From: Candidatus Falkowbacteria bacterium
GTDB lineage: Bacteria > Patescibacteriota > Patescibacteriia > Patescibacteriales > UBA12075
Assembly (NCBI GenBank): GCA_003514005.1
Contig: DOSJ01000010.1
Location: 39,425 to 103,424 of the forward strand
DNA length: 64,000 nucleotides
Direction: 5' to 3'
A program made the translations under genes and the position numbers. Of the stretch, positions 18,225 to 27,474 are shown piece by piece. The notes beneath the pieces are model-generated. The model worked only from the letters and a program-made list of their open reading frames with translations. It did not search any database and was not told where the DNA came from. The first letter of the stretch is position 1, and every line of letters starts with the position of its first letter.

Positions 18225-20144
18225 TTATACCTTAATCACAACCGGCAAAACCATCGGTCTTCGCTTAGTCCGGCTGAACAAAAACTGTCCAACCTCATTG
18301 CGAATCTTGTTCTTAATAAAATCATCATCAGTTTTTGTAGCAGTACTATTCTCCTTTACCAAAGTTTTTACTTTCATGCGCGTTTTTTCAATCAACTCCC
18401 GATTCTCTTTCATATAAACAAAACCGCGCGAAATTATATCCGGATTGCCGATCGGTTCCCCGGTTTTCGTATCGATTGTCGCAATCACGACAATCATTCC
18501 GTCCTCAGCCATAACTCGGCGATCGCGCAAAACAATATTGGAAACATCGCCCACACCCAAGCCGTCAACCATGACATAATCGGTAACCACTTTTTCTTTG
18601 GTCAATGTCCCGACCACTTGTTCCGGAATATTGGTCCGGACTGCGCCCGGATAATTATGGTGCGGAATCTTCACATGCGCGTTAACGGCGGAAATCTCTA
18701 CGACCTGTCCGTTATCCGGTACAAAAATATTTTCCGACGGAATACCAACCTGCTCAGCAAGCTCCGCGTGCGCGCGCAACATATAATGGCTGCCCTCGAT
18801 TGGAATAAAAAATTTCGGCTTCAAAAGGCGCATCATCAGCTTCAAATCCTCTTGCTTCGCGTGTCCGCCGGCATGCACATCCATCATCTGATAATGAATG
18901 ATATGTGCACCTTGTCTTACTACCTGGTCTTTCAAATTCTGAATCGAACGCTCATTTCCGGGAATAACCGAAGATGAAAAAATAACAGTATCGCCTTTTT
19001 TCAAGCTGATAGTCCGATGCTCGCCAGTTACAACCCTAACTAAAAAAGCATTAGTTTCTCCTTGCGCGCCTGTGCCAAGAATCATAATCTTGTCATCGCT
19101 TAATTTGTTTATATCAGAATCATTTGCCAAAATCCGCGGATTAAAATCCAAATACCCGATCTTGTGCGCAATCTCTACATTATCATTCATACTACGCCCT
19201 TGCAGATAAATCTTGCGATTATGCTTCTTTGCCAAATCAAAAAGCTTTTGTATACGGGAAAGCTGGGAAGCAAAAGTACCGATAATTACCCGACCGGTAA
19301 TATTTTCCAAAATCTTGTCCATCTCGTCGCCGATTGATGATTCAGATACTTGATAGCCTGGGTGCGTAGAATCAGTAGAATCAGAAAGCATCAAAAGCAC
19401 GCCCTTGCCTCCGATCTGCGCAATGCGATTCAAATCCGCCGGCTTGTCATTAACCGGAGAATAATCAATCTTGAAATCGCCGGTATGGATAACCGTGCCA
19501 ATCGGAGTATGGATGATTACGGCAAAAGAATCCGGAACCGAATGATTGACGCGCAAAAATTCAACCTTAAATGATTTCCCCATCTGCACAAGCGATGTTT
19601 CATTAATCTCAAAAATATTCAACTGCGGACAATTGCGATGCTCCTCACAGCGTTTACGTATCAAACCGGCTGTTAATTTTCCGGTAAACATCGGTGGATT
19701 GCCGATTTTGCCAATTATGTGCGGAATGCCGCCGATATGGTCCATATGCCCGTGCGTGATTACCGCACCCTTGATCCAATCAATCTTGTTTTCCAAATAC
19801 GAAATATTCGGAATAATATAATCAATGCCATACATATCCTCTTCCGGGAACATAAGTCCCATGTCAATGATAATGATTTCTTGATTATACTCAATCAAGG
19901 TCATGTTCCGGCCGACTTCTTCCAGTCCGCCCAAAACAATCACGCGCAATTTATCTTTATGAAAAACCTGCGTTGCTTTGATCGTATTTTCCTGACCGTT
20001 TTTTTTCTTATAATTCGGGTCAGAAGAATTATATTTACCAACAGCTGATTTGGCTGTTAAATTTTTTTCATTATCCTCACGCGGTTTCGCTTGTTTTTTA
20101 AAAACGGCCGCTGAAGACGATGATGATTTGTATTTTTTAATCAT
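18225..20144 (-). CDS. rnj: Ribonuclease J
   Basis: 639 aa. Metallo-beta-lactamase motif HGHMDHIGG with beta-CASP organisation, plus an N-terminal extension of about 65 aa rich in Lys and Ser. Confidence 0.9.
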   Translation of the reverse strand: MIKKYKSSSSSAAVFKKQAKPREDNEKNLTAKSAVGKYNSSDPNYKKKNGQENTIKATQVFHKDKLRVIVLGGLEEVGRNMTLIEYNQEIIIIDMGLMFPEEDMYGIDYIIPNISYLENKIDWIKGAVITHGHMDHIGGIPHIIGKIGNPPMFTGKLTAGLIRKRCEEHRNCPQLNIFEINETSLVQMGKSFKVEFLRVNHSVPDSFAVIIHTPIGTVIHTGDFKIDYSPVNDKPADLNRIAQIGGKGVLLMLSDSTDSTHPGYQVSESSIGDEMDKILENITGRVIIGTFASQLSRIQKLFDLAKKHNRKIYLQGRSMNDNVEIAHKIGYLDFNPRILANDSDINKLSDDKIMILGTGAQGETNAFLVRVVTGEHRTISLKKGDTVIFSSSVIPGNERSIQNLKDQVVRQGAHIIHYQMMDVHAGGHAKQEDLKLMMRLLKPKFFIPIEGSHYMLRAHAELAEQVGIPSENIFVPDNGQVVEISAVNAHVKIPHHNYPGAVRTNIPEQVVGTLTKEKVVTDYVMVDGLGVGDVSNIVLRDRRVMAEDGMIVVIATIDTKTGEPIGNPDIISRGFVYMKENRELIEKTRMKVKTLVKENSTATKTDDDFIKNKIRNEVGQFLFSRTKRRPMVLPVVIKV

Positions 20145-20389
20145 TTTTTTGTGTGTCGTTTAATAATGTTTGAGAACTAAAAAGTTTAAAAACCGTACTG
20201 AACGAATTTTTTTAATAATAAATTTTGGCCTATTTTATATATTAGGCCGAAGGTAATATATAAGAAGTAAAAATAAAATTTTTCGTTAACTTCGTGTATT
20301 TTCGTTTTTTTCGTGTTTTCGCCGTAAACAGGGCATAAAAATAACGAAAACATATGAATAAAACGAAGGAATTAAAATTCTTTTACAGC

Positions 20390-22231
20390 CTATCGCCAAG
20401 ACATTTTCTTTTCCGTTTCAATGTACCAATCAAAGATATTTTCAAAACGGTCGCTTGGTACAAGGATATCGCTGACAGCAAATCCTTTTACTTTATTGTT
20501 TTGCGCATATGTATAAAGAGGAGAATACATAAAGATCGCCGGTACTTCTTCGGCAATTATTTTCTGAAACTTCTGATACTCGCCCTGTCTGGTCGCTACA
20601 TCATTCGTCAAACGGGCTTCTTCCAAATATTTATCAACTTCCTTGTTGTTGAAATTAGTGATATTCAAACCCTGCTCTCCGATCTGGGATGAATGCCAAA
20701 ACGGATATGGGTCCGGGTCCGCTCCCAAAACCTGCCCATAAAAAAGCAATTCAAATTCTCTGGGTTTGATTGTTTTTGCTTGAATCTGGTTTGCCGGTAT
20801 CGTTTCCAGCTCAGCCTTGATTCCTAGTTCCTCCCAATAACTTTTAACTTCCTCGATAATACTTTGATTTTCCGAGCGTTCTACTGTTGTCAGTTTTACC
20901 AAAAAATATTCTTTGTTTTTCATGCGCCATTCACCGACTCCCATGCGAAGAATTTTTTCCGCTTCTTTTTTCGTATTAATATCATTTGATTCAATATCAC
21001 CGCTCGCCTTTTCAAACATCTCCTGACTGATTACGGACTTTTTCCAATCAATGCTTTCCAATAATCTTTCCACTTCCGCCTTATTATATTCATATTTTTT
21101 TATATCGGCAAAATATGCAAAACTGTTCGGTAAAATCGGCCCGTCGATTTTATATGCGCCGCCATTCAAAATTTTATTGATTATGGAATTCATATCAATC
21201 GCATGCGCTAATGCCTGGCGCACCACTTTGTCTCCCAAAATCGGATTTTTGTCAGTATTAATAAATATCGCCGTTATCTGCGGCAAATAAAGTTTGAAAA
21301 AATTTGTAGACTTTTGCTTTTCAACATTATTAATCATCTCAGACGGTAAATAACTGATACCGTCAACCTCTCCATTATTAAAAGCATTGATTGAGTCTTC
21401 AAAATTTCCAAAAAATTTAAAATTCAAATTCAAATACGGCAAACTTCCATAATAATTTTCATTAACCGCTAGCTGATATTCCTTGATAGTACCGAGCTTT
21501 TCTTCTTTCGTAAACTGATTATAGCGATAAGGTCCGGAACCGATCGGCTTCAAGTTAATCCCGGCCTGCCCGGCTGACTCCGGCGGAATCAAAGCCCAAG
21601 CATCAGCGGGCATAATACCGAATGTAAGAAGTTCCAAAAAAGCCGCGTACGGGCTGGCCAAAATAAATCGAAAAGAATAGTCATCGATAATTTCAATCGC
21701 CACACCCGAAAAACTTGAACGCAGTGGCGATTTATACGCCGCGTCTTTTATGGCATTAAAAGTAAAATAAACATCATTACTAGTCAAATCACCCCCATTG
21801 TGCCATTTTACATCTTTCCTGATTGACAACGTATATACCTTTTTATCCTCGCTGATTTCATAGGTATCAACCAAGTCTTTTACAAGCTTGCCGCTACTGT
21901 CGTGTCGAAATAAAAATGAAAATATTAAACTGCTAATATCACTATCTACGTCGCTGATACTGGAGTATAAGGGATTAATATATTTTGGCTGTCCAACCAA
22001 GGCCTCGGTATATGTTCCGCTTCGCTTTGGAACGATTTCCAGATGAGTAAAATAAAAATTTCCAACCAGAAATATCGCGCTTAAAACCAATAACGCTAGA
22101 CTTGAATATAATAGCCAAAATTCCTTACGACTCAGATAGTGGTTAATGTATTTCAGCTGGCGCAAACCAGGAATCCTTGCTTTTGATAACGATAAGACTA
22201 GTTTTTTATCCAAATCCGTCTGCGTCTTCAT
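20390..22231 (-). CDS. Peptide/nickel-type (family 5) extracellular solute-binding protein, membrane anchored
   Basis: 613 aa. N-terminal TM helix and an SBP_bac_5-like body. No permease or ATPase genes are adjacent. Confidence 0.65.
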   Translation of the reverse strand: MKTQTDLDKKLVLSLSKARIPGLRQLKYINHYLSRKEFWLLYSSLALLVLSAIFLVGNFYFTHLEIVPKRSGTYTEALVGQPKYINPLYSSISDVDSDISSLIFSFLFRHDSSGKLVKDLVDTYEISEDKKVYTLSIRKDVKWHNGGDLTSNDVYFTFNAIKDAAYKSPLRSSFSGVAIEIIDDYSFRFILASPYAAFLELLTFGIMPADAWALIPPESAGQAGINLKPIGSGPYRYNQFTKEEKLGTIKEYQLAVNENYYGSLPYLNLNFKFFGNFEDSINAFNNGEVDGISYLPSEMINNVEKQKSTNFFKLYLPQITAIFINTDKNPILGDKVVRQALAHAIDMNSIINKILNGGAYKIDGPILPNSFAYFADIKKYEYNKAEVERLLESIDWKKSVISQEMFEKASGDIESNDINTKKEAEKILRMGVGEWRMKNKEYFLVKLTTVERSENQSIIEEVKSYWEELGIKAELETIPANQIQAKTIKPREFELLFYGQVLGADPDPYPFWHSSQIGEQGLNITNFNNKEVDKYLEEARLTNDVATRQGEYQKFQKIIAEEVPAIFMYSPLYTYAQNNKVKGFAVSDILVPSDRFENIFDWYIETEKKMSWR

Positions 22232-22472
22232 CTGTTCCAGATTGGAGTTTTTAGGATTTTTTAGAAAAATGAAATCGGCCTTAAGCTTGCTTATAGCTGA
22301 TAAGCCTAGATTAAAGATTTTTTTAAATACAATATTCAGCTTCGCTTTTACTTTTTGATTAGAGTCCGATATATAGTTAAATTTATTATTTGCTTAGAAG
22401 CCGCGTCAAAGTTATAAGTCTTTGCATAAGCCCTGACAAACAAAAAACAGCCGCATAAAAATTTCATATTGC

Positions 22473-22685
22473 CTATAAAATTATAGCCAACAAAGAAACC
22501 GAGAAGAATAAAACCGATAAAACGATAGTCGCGATGAATAGTTTCTTTTCCAAACCGCGCTTTGTCATATAGACATTGCCACCACCGCCAAAAACATTTG
22601 ACAGCCCGCCGCCGCGATTTTGCATCAGAATAGAAACAATCAAAAGGATTGCGATTATCAGTTGAGATATTTTAATTATCTGCAT
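22473..22685 (-). CDS. secG: Preprotein translocase subunit SecG
   Basis: 70 aa, two TM segments, Gly-rich loop MQNRGGGLSNVFGGGG. Confidence 0.75.
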   Translation of the reverse strand: MQIIKISQLIIAILLIVSILMQNRGGGLSNVFGGGGNVYMTKRGLEKKLFIATIVLSVLFFSVSLLAIIL

Positions 22686-22708
22686 AAGAATTATTGGGAT
22701 AATGGGAG

Positions 22709-23065
22709 TTATTTTTTTGCAACCGCAACTTCTTGAACGATTTTATCCAAAATAACTTTATTATTTACGGCAAAATCAGAAAGGATTTTCCGATCCAATC
22801 CAATATTATTAGCTTTCAAAGCGGCAATGAAACGTGAATAACTAAGACCTTTTTCTCTAACAAAAGCGCCAATCTTAATTTGCCACAAAGCGCGATTAGT
22901 CCGTTTCTTTTTTCTTCGGTCCATAAAAGCATGAGCGCCAGCTTTAACAACCGCTTCTTTCGCTGCTACAAGCAAGTTATTTCTCCCCCACTTGTAGCCT
23001 TTTACTTTGGCCATAAGTCTATTTCGTTTTTTAACATGGTTTACACCTCTTTTTACTCTTGGCAT
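22709..23065 (-). CDS. rplT: 50S ribosomal protein L20
   Basis: 118 aa, starts MPRVKRGVNHVKKR.., follows rpmI and infC. Confidence 0.95.
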   Translation of the reverse strand: MPRVKRGVNHVKKRNRLMAKVKGYKWGRNNLLVAAKEAVVKAGAHAFMDRRKKKRTNRALWQIKIGAFVREKGLSYSRFIAALKANNIGLDRKILSDFAVNNKVILDKIVQEVAVAKK

Positions 23066-23070
23066 TTCAT

Positions 23071-23143
23071 CGAATGTCGAATGTCGAATGTCGAATGTCG
23101 ATTTAAAGTTTTAAATCGAAAATCGAAAATCGAAAATCGAAAA
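23071..23143. repeat. Two facing 7-nt tandem arrays (CGAATGT x4 and AAATCGA x4) filling the rpmI-rplT spacer
   Basis: CGAATGT units at 23071-23098 and AAATCGA units at 23113-23140. The two arrays are partly complementary and form an imperfect hairpin abutting the rplT start codon. Confidence 0.8.
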
Positions 23144-23341
23144 TTAATTATACGGCATTAATTTCTTAATGGTTTTTTTGATTGTTTTGTCAGTATCAAT
23201 ATCGCGGCGCTTATTGCGCTTGGTATTGCCAGTTTCACGAGCATTATAGTGATCCTGCCCGGCTTTTCTCTGCTTAATCTTATTATTTTTGGTAATAACA
23301 AATCTTTTTGCAGTAGCTTTATGAGTCTTTACTTTTGGCAT
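23144..23341 (-). CDS. rpmI: 50S ribosomal protein L35
   Basis: MPKVKTHKATAKRF... starts at the internal ATG at 23341. The 11-codon extension in the track is not L35-like. Confidence 0.9.
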   Translation of the reverse strand: MPKVKTHKATAKRFVITKNNKIKQRKAGQDHYNARETGNTKRNKRRDIDTDKTIKKTIKKLMPYN

Positions 23342-23406
23342 AAAATATAAATTACAGTCTTTAAAATAATACAAAAACCAGGCAAAGTACCTGATTGATA
23401 TAGATA

Positions 23407-23964
23407 TTAATCTTTTTTATTTACCAGTATCATTATAAACCTTCCCCCTTGTTTTGTCAAGTCTTGTTCTCGCATAATATTCAATCCTTCATTTTTCTGC
23501 AATTCCGCCACAAATTCATTGATTATTTCGACGGCTTTTTCCGGATGCTGTTTTTCCCGCCCTTTTAAAACCAAATCGATTTTTACCTTATGTCCCTTGC
23601 TAAAAAACTTTAGCGCCTGATCCGCTCTTAGGGCCAAATCATTTTTACTAATGCGCACCGATAATCGGACGCCTTTTGTATCGATTTTTTTCTGGGCGAT
23701 TTTCTGTTTATGCGCCTTTTTTTCTCTTTCGTATTTTAATTGGCCATAATCAACAATCTTTACAACCGGCGGCTGTCCGGTCGGGTTAACCTCTACCAAA
23801 TCCAGCCCGATTTCTTCCGCCCGTCGCAACGCCTCGGCTATTGTTACAATACCAACGTTTTCACCAACTTCATCAATTAAATACACTTCCGGTACCCGAA
23901 TCTGCTGGTTTGTTCTAAATCTTTTTTCTATTTTAGGTTGCGCCTTGCGCCATGTTCTCCGCAT
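23407..23964 (-). CDS. infC: Translation initiation factor IF-3
   Basis: 185 aa, IF-3 N- and C-domain pattern (IRVPEVYLIDEVGE...), in the infC-rpmI-rplT operon order. Confidence 0.9.
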   Translation of the reverse strand: MRRTWRKAQPKIEKRFRTNQQIRVPEVYLIDEVGENVGIVTIAEALRRAEEIGLDLVEVNPTGQPPVVKIVDYGQLKYEREKKAHKQKIAQKKIDTKGVRLSVRISKNDLALRADQALKFFSKGHKVKIDLVLKGREKQHPEKAVEIINEFVAELQKNEGLNIMREQDLTKQGGRFIMILVNKKD

Positions 23965-24114
23965 CGATATTAATTATTGATATTAAATTAAAACAGCCTG
24001 TTTTTCAAAGACTATATTCTGTATAAGTTATACTAATACATTTGTTAAAAAAAATCAAGCAGAATAGTATTAAAATTATTAATAAAAATATACAGCGATA
24101 GTGTAGAAAGTCTT

Positions 24115-24306
24115 AAATTGAGACTTGAGAAAAGTTTTTTTTCTGTCATTCCCGCGCAGGCGGGAATCTTGGTTAAAAAATCACTTAACATTTTATAATA
24201 ACGTTGGCTAAAAAATCTTTAGCTCAAAAATCAGTTTTTCTTTTTTTTAAACCGAGATTCCCGCCTGCGCGGGAATGACAAGAGTTTTTTTCTCAAGTCT
24301 CAAATT
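24115..24306. mobile_element. MITE-like element, copy 4 (137-bp core 24144-24280 plus outer inverted repeat)
   Basis: The core has the TGTCATTCCCGCGCAGGCGGGAATC ends, and its internal sequence is nearly identical to copy 7 (52930-53065). The outer arms are AAATTGAGACTTGAGAAAA / TTTTCTCAAGTCTCAAATT. Confidence 0.75.
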
Positions 24307-24418
24307 GGTTATTACCGAAGTGAGGACTGTTTGAGCCGCTTCCAAAATAAATAATAAATAAAAAAGGCGAGTTCCCAGCCTACCGGCAGGCACGGCGCAA
24401 CGAGGTAATAACCAATTT
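24303..24418. repeat. Inverted repeat (15-bp arms AAATTGGTTATTACC) around an 86-nt relatively GC-rich centre
   Basis: AAATTGGTTATTACC ... GGTAATAACCAATTT. The centre contains GGCGAGTTCCCAGCCTACCGGCAGGCACGGCGCAACG. Confidence 0.5.
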
Positions 24419-24797
24419 AAACCTTTACGAAACGGACAAAAAAAGAATACATGGCTTTTTTCAAAATAAAAAGGAGCCCAACGGGGCCCCCTTCTTTTTT
24501 ATATAAAAAAATGAATTTATGGGGTCTATATGTTGAGCTCCATCCCTAAGAATTATTTGATACATTTATATGTAATATAAATTTTCTCAGGGCAAATGGA
24601 ACTACTTCCTAACTTTAGTAGTTAATATTCACCGATTGGTAGTAATCCCAAATAATTTTTTTTATATTATATTCAGAACTACTGTTTTTTTTGTTTTTGT
24701 TTTTGCTTTTTTGTAAAGGCCTGTCAGGACTGGCCGATAACCAGTGAATAATATGTTGTTAAATAACATCTACAATTAATATATCATATTTTTAGAC

Positions 24798-24822
24798 TTA
24801 AGTCAACGATATCCTAGACTTA
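24798..24822 (+). promoter_or_regulatory. 25-nt motif copy C0 (TTAAGTCAA-CGA-TATC-CTAGAC-TTA)
   Basis: Aligns with five other copies of the consensus WTAAGTCYA-N3-AAAC-STRGAC-TTA. This is the most degenerate copy. Confidence 0.45.
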
Positions 24823-24874
24823 AATTATTATCTAATATAAGACACGAAAATCTAATTAATAATAGTTATCAACA

Positions 24875-24899
24875 ATAAGTCCAGGTAAACGTGGACTTA
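24875..24899 (+). promoter_or_regulatory. 25-nt motif copy C1 (ATAAGTCCA-GGT-AAAC-GTGGAC-TTA)
   Basis: Perfect 8-nt inverted repeat TAAGTCCA/TGGACTTA with an 8-nt spacer. Confidence 0.6.
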
Positions 24900-24920
24900 A
24901 AGTATTATTTTCAATAATTT

Positions 24921-24950
24921 TTATCCACATTTCCACAGTTTTTATCCACA
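24921..24950 (+). promoter_or_regulatory. Two perfect DnaA boxes (TTATCCACA) plus one degenerate box in direct orientation
   Basis: TTATCCACA at 24921-24929 and 24942-24950, with ATTTCCACA at 24929-24937. Confidence 0.6.
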
Positions 24951-24966
24951 TCATAGTCATATGAAC

Positions 24967-24991
24967 TTAAGTCTAATAAAACGTAGACAAA
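24967..24991 (+). promoter_or_regulatory. 25-nt motif copy C2 (TTAAGTCTA-ATA-AAAC-GTAGAC-AAA)
   Basis: Aligns position for position with the other copies. Confidence 0.55.
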
Positions 24992-25018
24992 ACCCCGCCC
25001 TTCGCGAAGGGCGGGGTT
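24991..25018. terminator. GC-rich hairpin downstream of tRNA-Cys
   Basis: AACCCCGCCCTTCG / CGAAGGGCGGGGTT. On the minus strand it is followed by TTTTGTC. Confidence 0.6.
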
Positions 25019-25025
25019 ATATTTG

Positions 25026-25096
25026 AGGTCTGGAACGGATTTGAACCGATGATGGCAGTTTTGCAAACTGCTGCCTTACCACTTGGCTACCAGACC
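25026..25096 (-). tRNA. tRNA-Cys (anticodon GCA)
   Basis: The minus strand reads GGTCTGGTAGCCAAGTGGTAAGGCAGCAGTTTGCAAAACTGCCATCATCGGTTCAAATCCGTTCCAGACCT. The anticodon loop is TTGCAAA. Confidence 0.85.
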
Positions 25097-25227
25097 AATT
25101 TAAAATACCACTTATTCAATATAACAAAAAAATATTTTAAAAACAAGTCCTATTGACTTTTTCCAATTTTTATGCTATAAATATGACATAAAATAAACAT
25201 ATTGATCTTTAAAAATAAGGGGGTACT

Positions 25228-25710
25228 ATGAAAAAAATATATTGGGTGGTTATTTTTAGCTTAATGCTAACTAGTTGTGCAGTTAAAAAATTTAATGCTG
25301 GGTACGAAGGAGAAAATGGATATAAAAATGAAGGTGGGGTTTCATTTCTTAGTCCTCCAGAAAGTGCAAAAAGTTTAGCAGAGGCCGAGCTTTTGGTTTC
25401 TCAAGCTCAAATAAATAAAGCTATTGCAGAGCAAATAAAAAAAGGATCAAGTCAGGGGGTCGTGCCTAATAATTTTATAGGTGTAATTCACAATATTAAC
25501 GCAAAAAAAACCGCACTTATTATGAATCCGTTTTATGGACAAACACACTTGGTACCGCCTGGGGAGCATGTAATAATCACTGGTCCTACAATTCCGGATA
25601 ATATATTCGTGCTCTATACCGGAAATAATAATTTTGAAACACGTAAAATTTACAAAAAGGTCCATTACTTCAATTCCATAAAAATGGATTTTGGGGCAAA
25701 TGTATATTAA
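25228..25710 (+). CDS. Hypothetical lipoprotein
   Basis: 160 aa. Signal peptide with lipobox LTSC, and an AAGGGGG Shine-Dalgarno sequence upstream. Confidence 0.6.
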   Translation: MKKIYWVVIFSLMLTSCAVKKFNAGYEGENGYKNEGGVSFLSPPESAKSLAEAELLVSQAQINKAIAEQIKKGSSQGVVPNNFIGVIHNINAKKTALIMNPFYGQTHLVPPGEHVIITGPTIPDNIFVLYTGNNNFETRKIYKKVHYFNSIKMDFGANVY

Positions 25711-25775
25711 CTTAATAAACAAAAAAAGGAAGCAACACCATGCTTCCTTTTATATTTACAAAAAATAATATTTTA

Positions 25776-26231
25776 TCAACCTGGCGGCAATGAACCCCCC
25801 GTACCTCCTCCCGCATCTCCCTTACTATCTCCAAACGGCAAAGCCTTGAATACAAATGCGGTTATAGCATAGGCTGATACGATAATAACAAGTCCAATAA
25901 TCGCTTTTTTGATTGTTTCTTTAGCTGTCGTAACCTTTTGCTCTTCTCCTCCAGCCGTCATCCAAATAAAACCGGCATAAATCATTAATATTATAAAAAT
26001 AATAGCGAGTAATCCCAAAAACGCTTTAATTACTATTGAAATAATTTCACCAAGCTCGGCACCGTCGCTGTCGCCAATATTAAATCCTGAGCTTTTAGCA
26101 AATTTCCCCATCAAACTTTCTCCACCGACAACTTCATTCGGATCATTCAACGGTCCTGCCAGAGAAGTGCCTACAAAAAAACTAAAAGAGATAATAATAA
26201 TAGACAAACTTATCAAAATATATTTTCGCAT
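25776..26231 (-). CDS. VirB2/TrbC-like pilin-family small membrane protein, paralogue 8 (Gly-rich C-terminal tail)
   Basis: 151 aa. Signal peptide, then two TM helices around the conserved loop YAGFIWMTAGGEEQKVTTAKETIKKAIIGLVI. The tail is GDSKGDAGGGTGGSLPPG. Confidence 0.7.
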   Translation of the reverse strand: MRKYILISLSIIIISFSFFVGTSLAGPLNDPNEVVGGESLMGKFAKSSGFNIGDSDGAELGEIISIVIKAFLGLLAIIFIILMIYAGFIWMTAGGEEQKVTTAKETIKKAIIGLVIIVSAYAITAFVFKALPFGDSKGDAGGGTGGSLPPG

Positions 26232-26241
26232 CTTTTTAAAA

Positions 26242-26616
26242 TTAATTTAATAACTTAAATAATACAAAATTACTAATCGCATACGAGCCAACGGTTATAA
26301 TTAATCCGATAATCGCGCGTCGAATCGTGCTTAATGCCTTATCTACCTTTGACTGATCGCCCGCCGCAATCATATAATTGTACCCGGCGTAAAGCATCAA
26401 AACTACAAATATTATTCCCAGTATCGAAAAAAATATGCTTACGATTTTACCTGCGTTTGTAACTAAATCGTTTTCGCTTGTAACGCCGGAATAACCGCCC
26501 TTAACCCCAACATCACTTAGCTTGTCTAAAGGTGACTGCGCAAATACAAAATATGGTAAAATTAAAACTACCACAAGACACATTAACACAAAAATATTTT
26601 TGATTTTAGTTTTCAT
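26242..26616 (-). CDS. VirB2/TrbC-like pilin-family small membrane protein, paralogue 7
   Basis: 124 aa, same architecture (YAGYNYMIAAGDQSKVDKALSTIRRAIIGLII). Confidence 0.7.
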   Translation of the reverse strand: MKTKIKNIFVLMCLVVVLILPYFVFAQSPLDKLSDVGVKGGYSGVTSENDLVTNAGKIVSIFFSILGIIFVVLMLYAGYNYMIAAGDQSKVDKALSTIRRAIIGLIITVGSYAISNFVLFKLLN

Positions 26617-26632
26617 TTTTTTATTTTTAGTT

Positions 26633-27079
26633 TTATAAATTTAAATCCGGTTCGCTTTCTTCCCAGCTAGAGTCATTTTTAAACACATCTTTTGTAACAT
26701 TTTGAATGACAAAAAAAGAAATCGCATAAGCCAAAACTATAACAACTACACCAATAACAGCGGCGGTTATCAAGTTTTTTGCTCTTGTCACTTCCTGTTC
26801 ATTATCACGCGCCATCATCCAGATATATCCGCCATAAATCATTAAGATTAAGAATATAACTCCCAAAATTGATAATACAACACTGATTATTTTTGCAATC
26901 ATACTTTCTGCGCTTACACCTGTATCGTAACCACCGGAAACTGCAACTGTATTTGCATTACCAAACGCATCTTTAAGATCTTGTGCATGTGCCACAAAAA
27001 CAAAGCTTAGGCTGCACAATACAATAAATATGTCAACAAATATTTTTTTTTGCTTCAAAAACATATATTTATTACGCAA
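26633..27079 (-). CDS. VirB2/TrbC-like pilin-family small membrane protein, paralogue 6
   Basis: 148 aa (YGGYIWMMARDNEQEVTRAKNLITAAVIGVVV) with an acidic C-terminal tail. Confidence 0.7.
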   Translation of the reverse strand: MRNKYMFLKQKKIFVDIFIVLCSLSFVFVAHAQDLKDAFGNANTVAVSGGYDTGVSAESMIAKIISVVLSILGVIFLILMIYGGYIWMMARDNEQEVTRAKNLITAAVIGVVVIVLAYAISFFVIQNVTKDVFKNDSSWEESEPDLNL

Positions 27080-27080
27080 A

Positions 27081-27467
27081 TCATTTTAATAAATTCTCAC
27101 CTACAAAATTCGTTATCGCATACGCGGCTATTACTATTACAAGTCCGATTAGGGCATTGCGAATAATATCTTTAGCCCTGGTTACCTCTGACTCAACCCC
27201 TCGCGAGTTCATCCAGATAAAACCACCCCAGATAGTAAAGATTAAAAACAAAACGCCGATTATCGATAAAAGAATCTGGATTAAAAGTCCGACCGAGCCC
27301 AAGGCGCCTAGTTTTGATATTTTTGAGCCTAAGTGTCCGGTTCCTTCCGCAGTTTTTTCAAGGCTATTATTAAAAATCGATTTTGCATCTTCGCCCTCTG
27401 CTAACACAAATGAAATATTTATAAATAACAAAAAACAAATTATTCCAATTGTAAATATTCTCTTCAT
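27081..27467 (-). CDS. VirB2/TrbC-like pilin-family small membrane protein, paralogue 5
   Basis: The internal ATG at 27467 (MKRIFTIGIICFLL) gives a signal peptide and removes the overlap with paralogue 4. Loop: WGGFIWMNSRGVESEVTRAKDIIRNALIGLVI. Confidence 0.7.
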   Translation of the reverse strand: MKRIFTIGIICFLLFINISFVLAEGEDAKSIFNNSLEKTAEGTGHLGSKISKLGALGSVGLLIQILLSIIGVLFLIFTIWGGFIWMNSRGVESEVTRAKDIIRNALIGLVIVIAAYAITNFVGENLLK

Positions 27468-27474
27468 AAAAATT

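Noticed and set aside
23342-23374. Eleven-codon N-terminal extension of L35 in the track ORF
   Set aside because: L35 proteins begin MPK(V/M)KT. The internal ATG at 23341 gives exactly that.
24303-24418. The GC-richer centre of the inverted repeat as SRP RNA, RNase P RNA or an L20/infC leader
   Set aside because: None of the conserved motifs I know is present: no SRP GNAR tetraloop with AGCA/GGAA symmetric loop, and no RNase P GGAAAGTCC or ACAGAA. It is kept only as an unexplained repeat feature.
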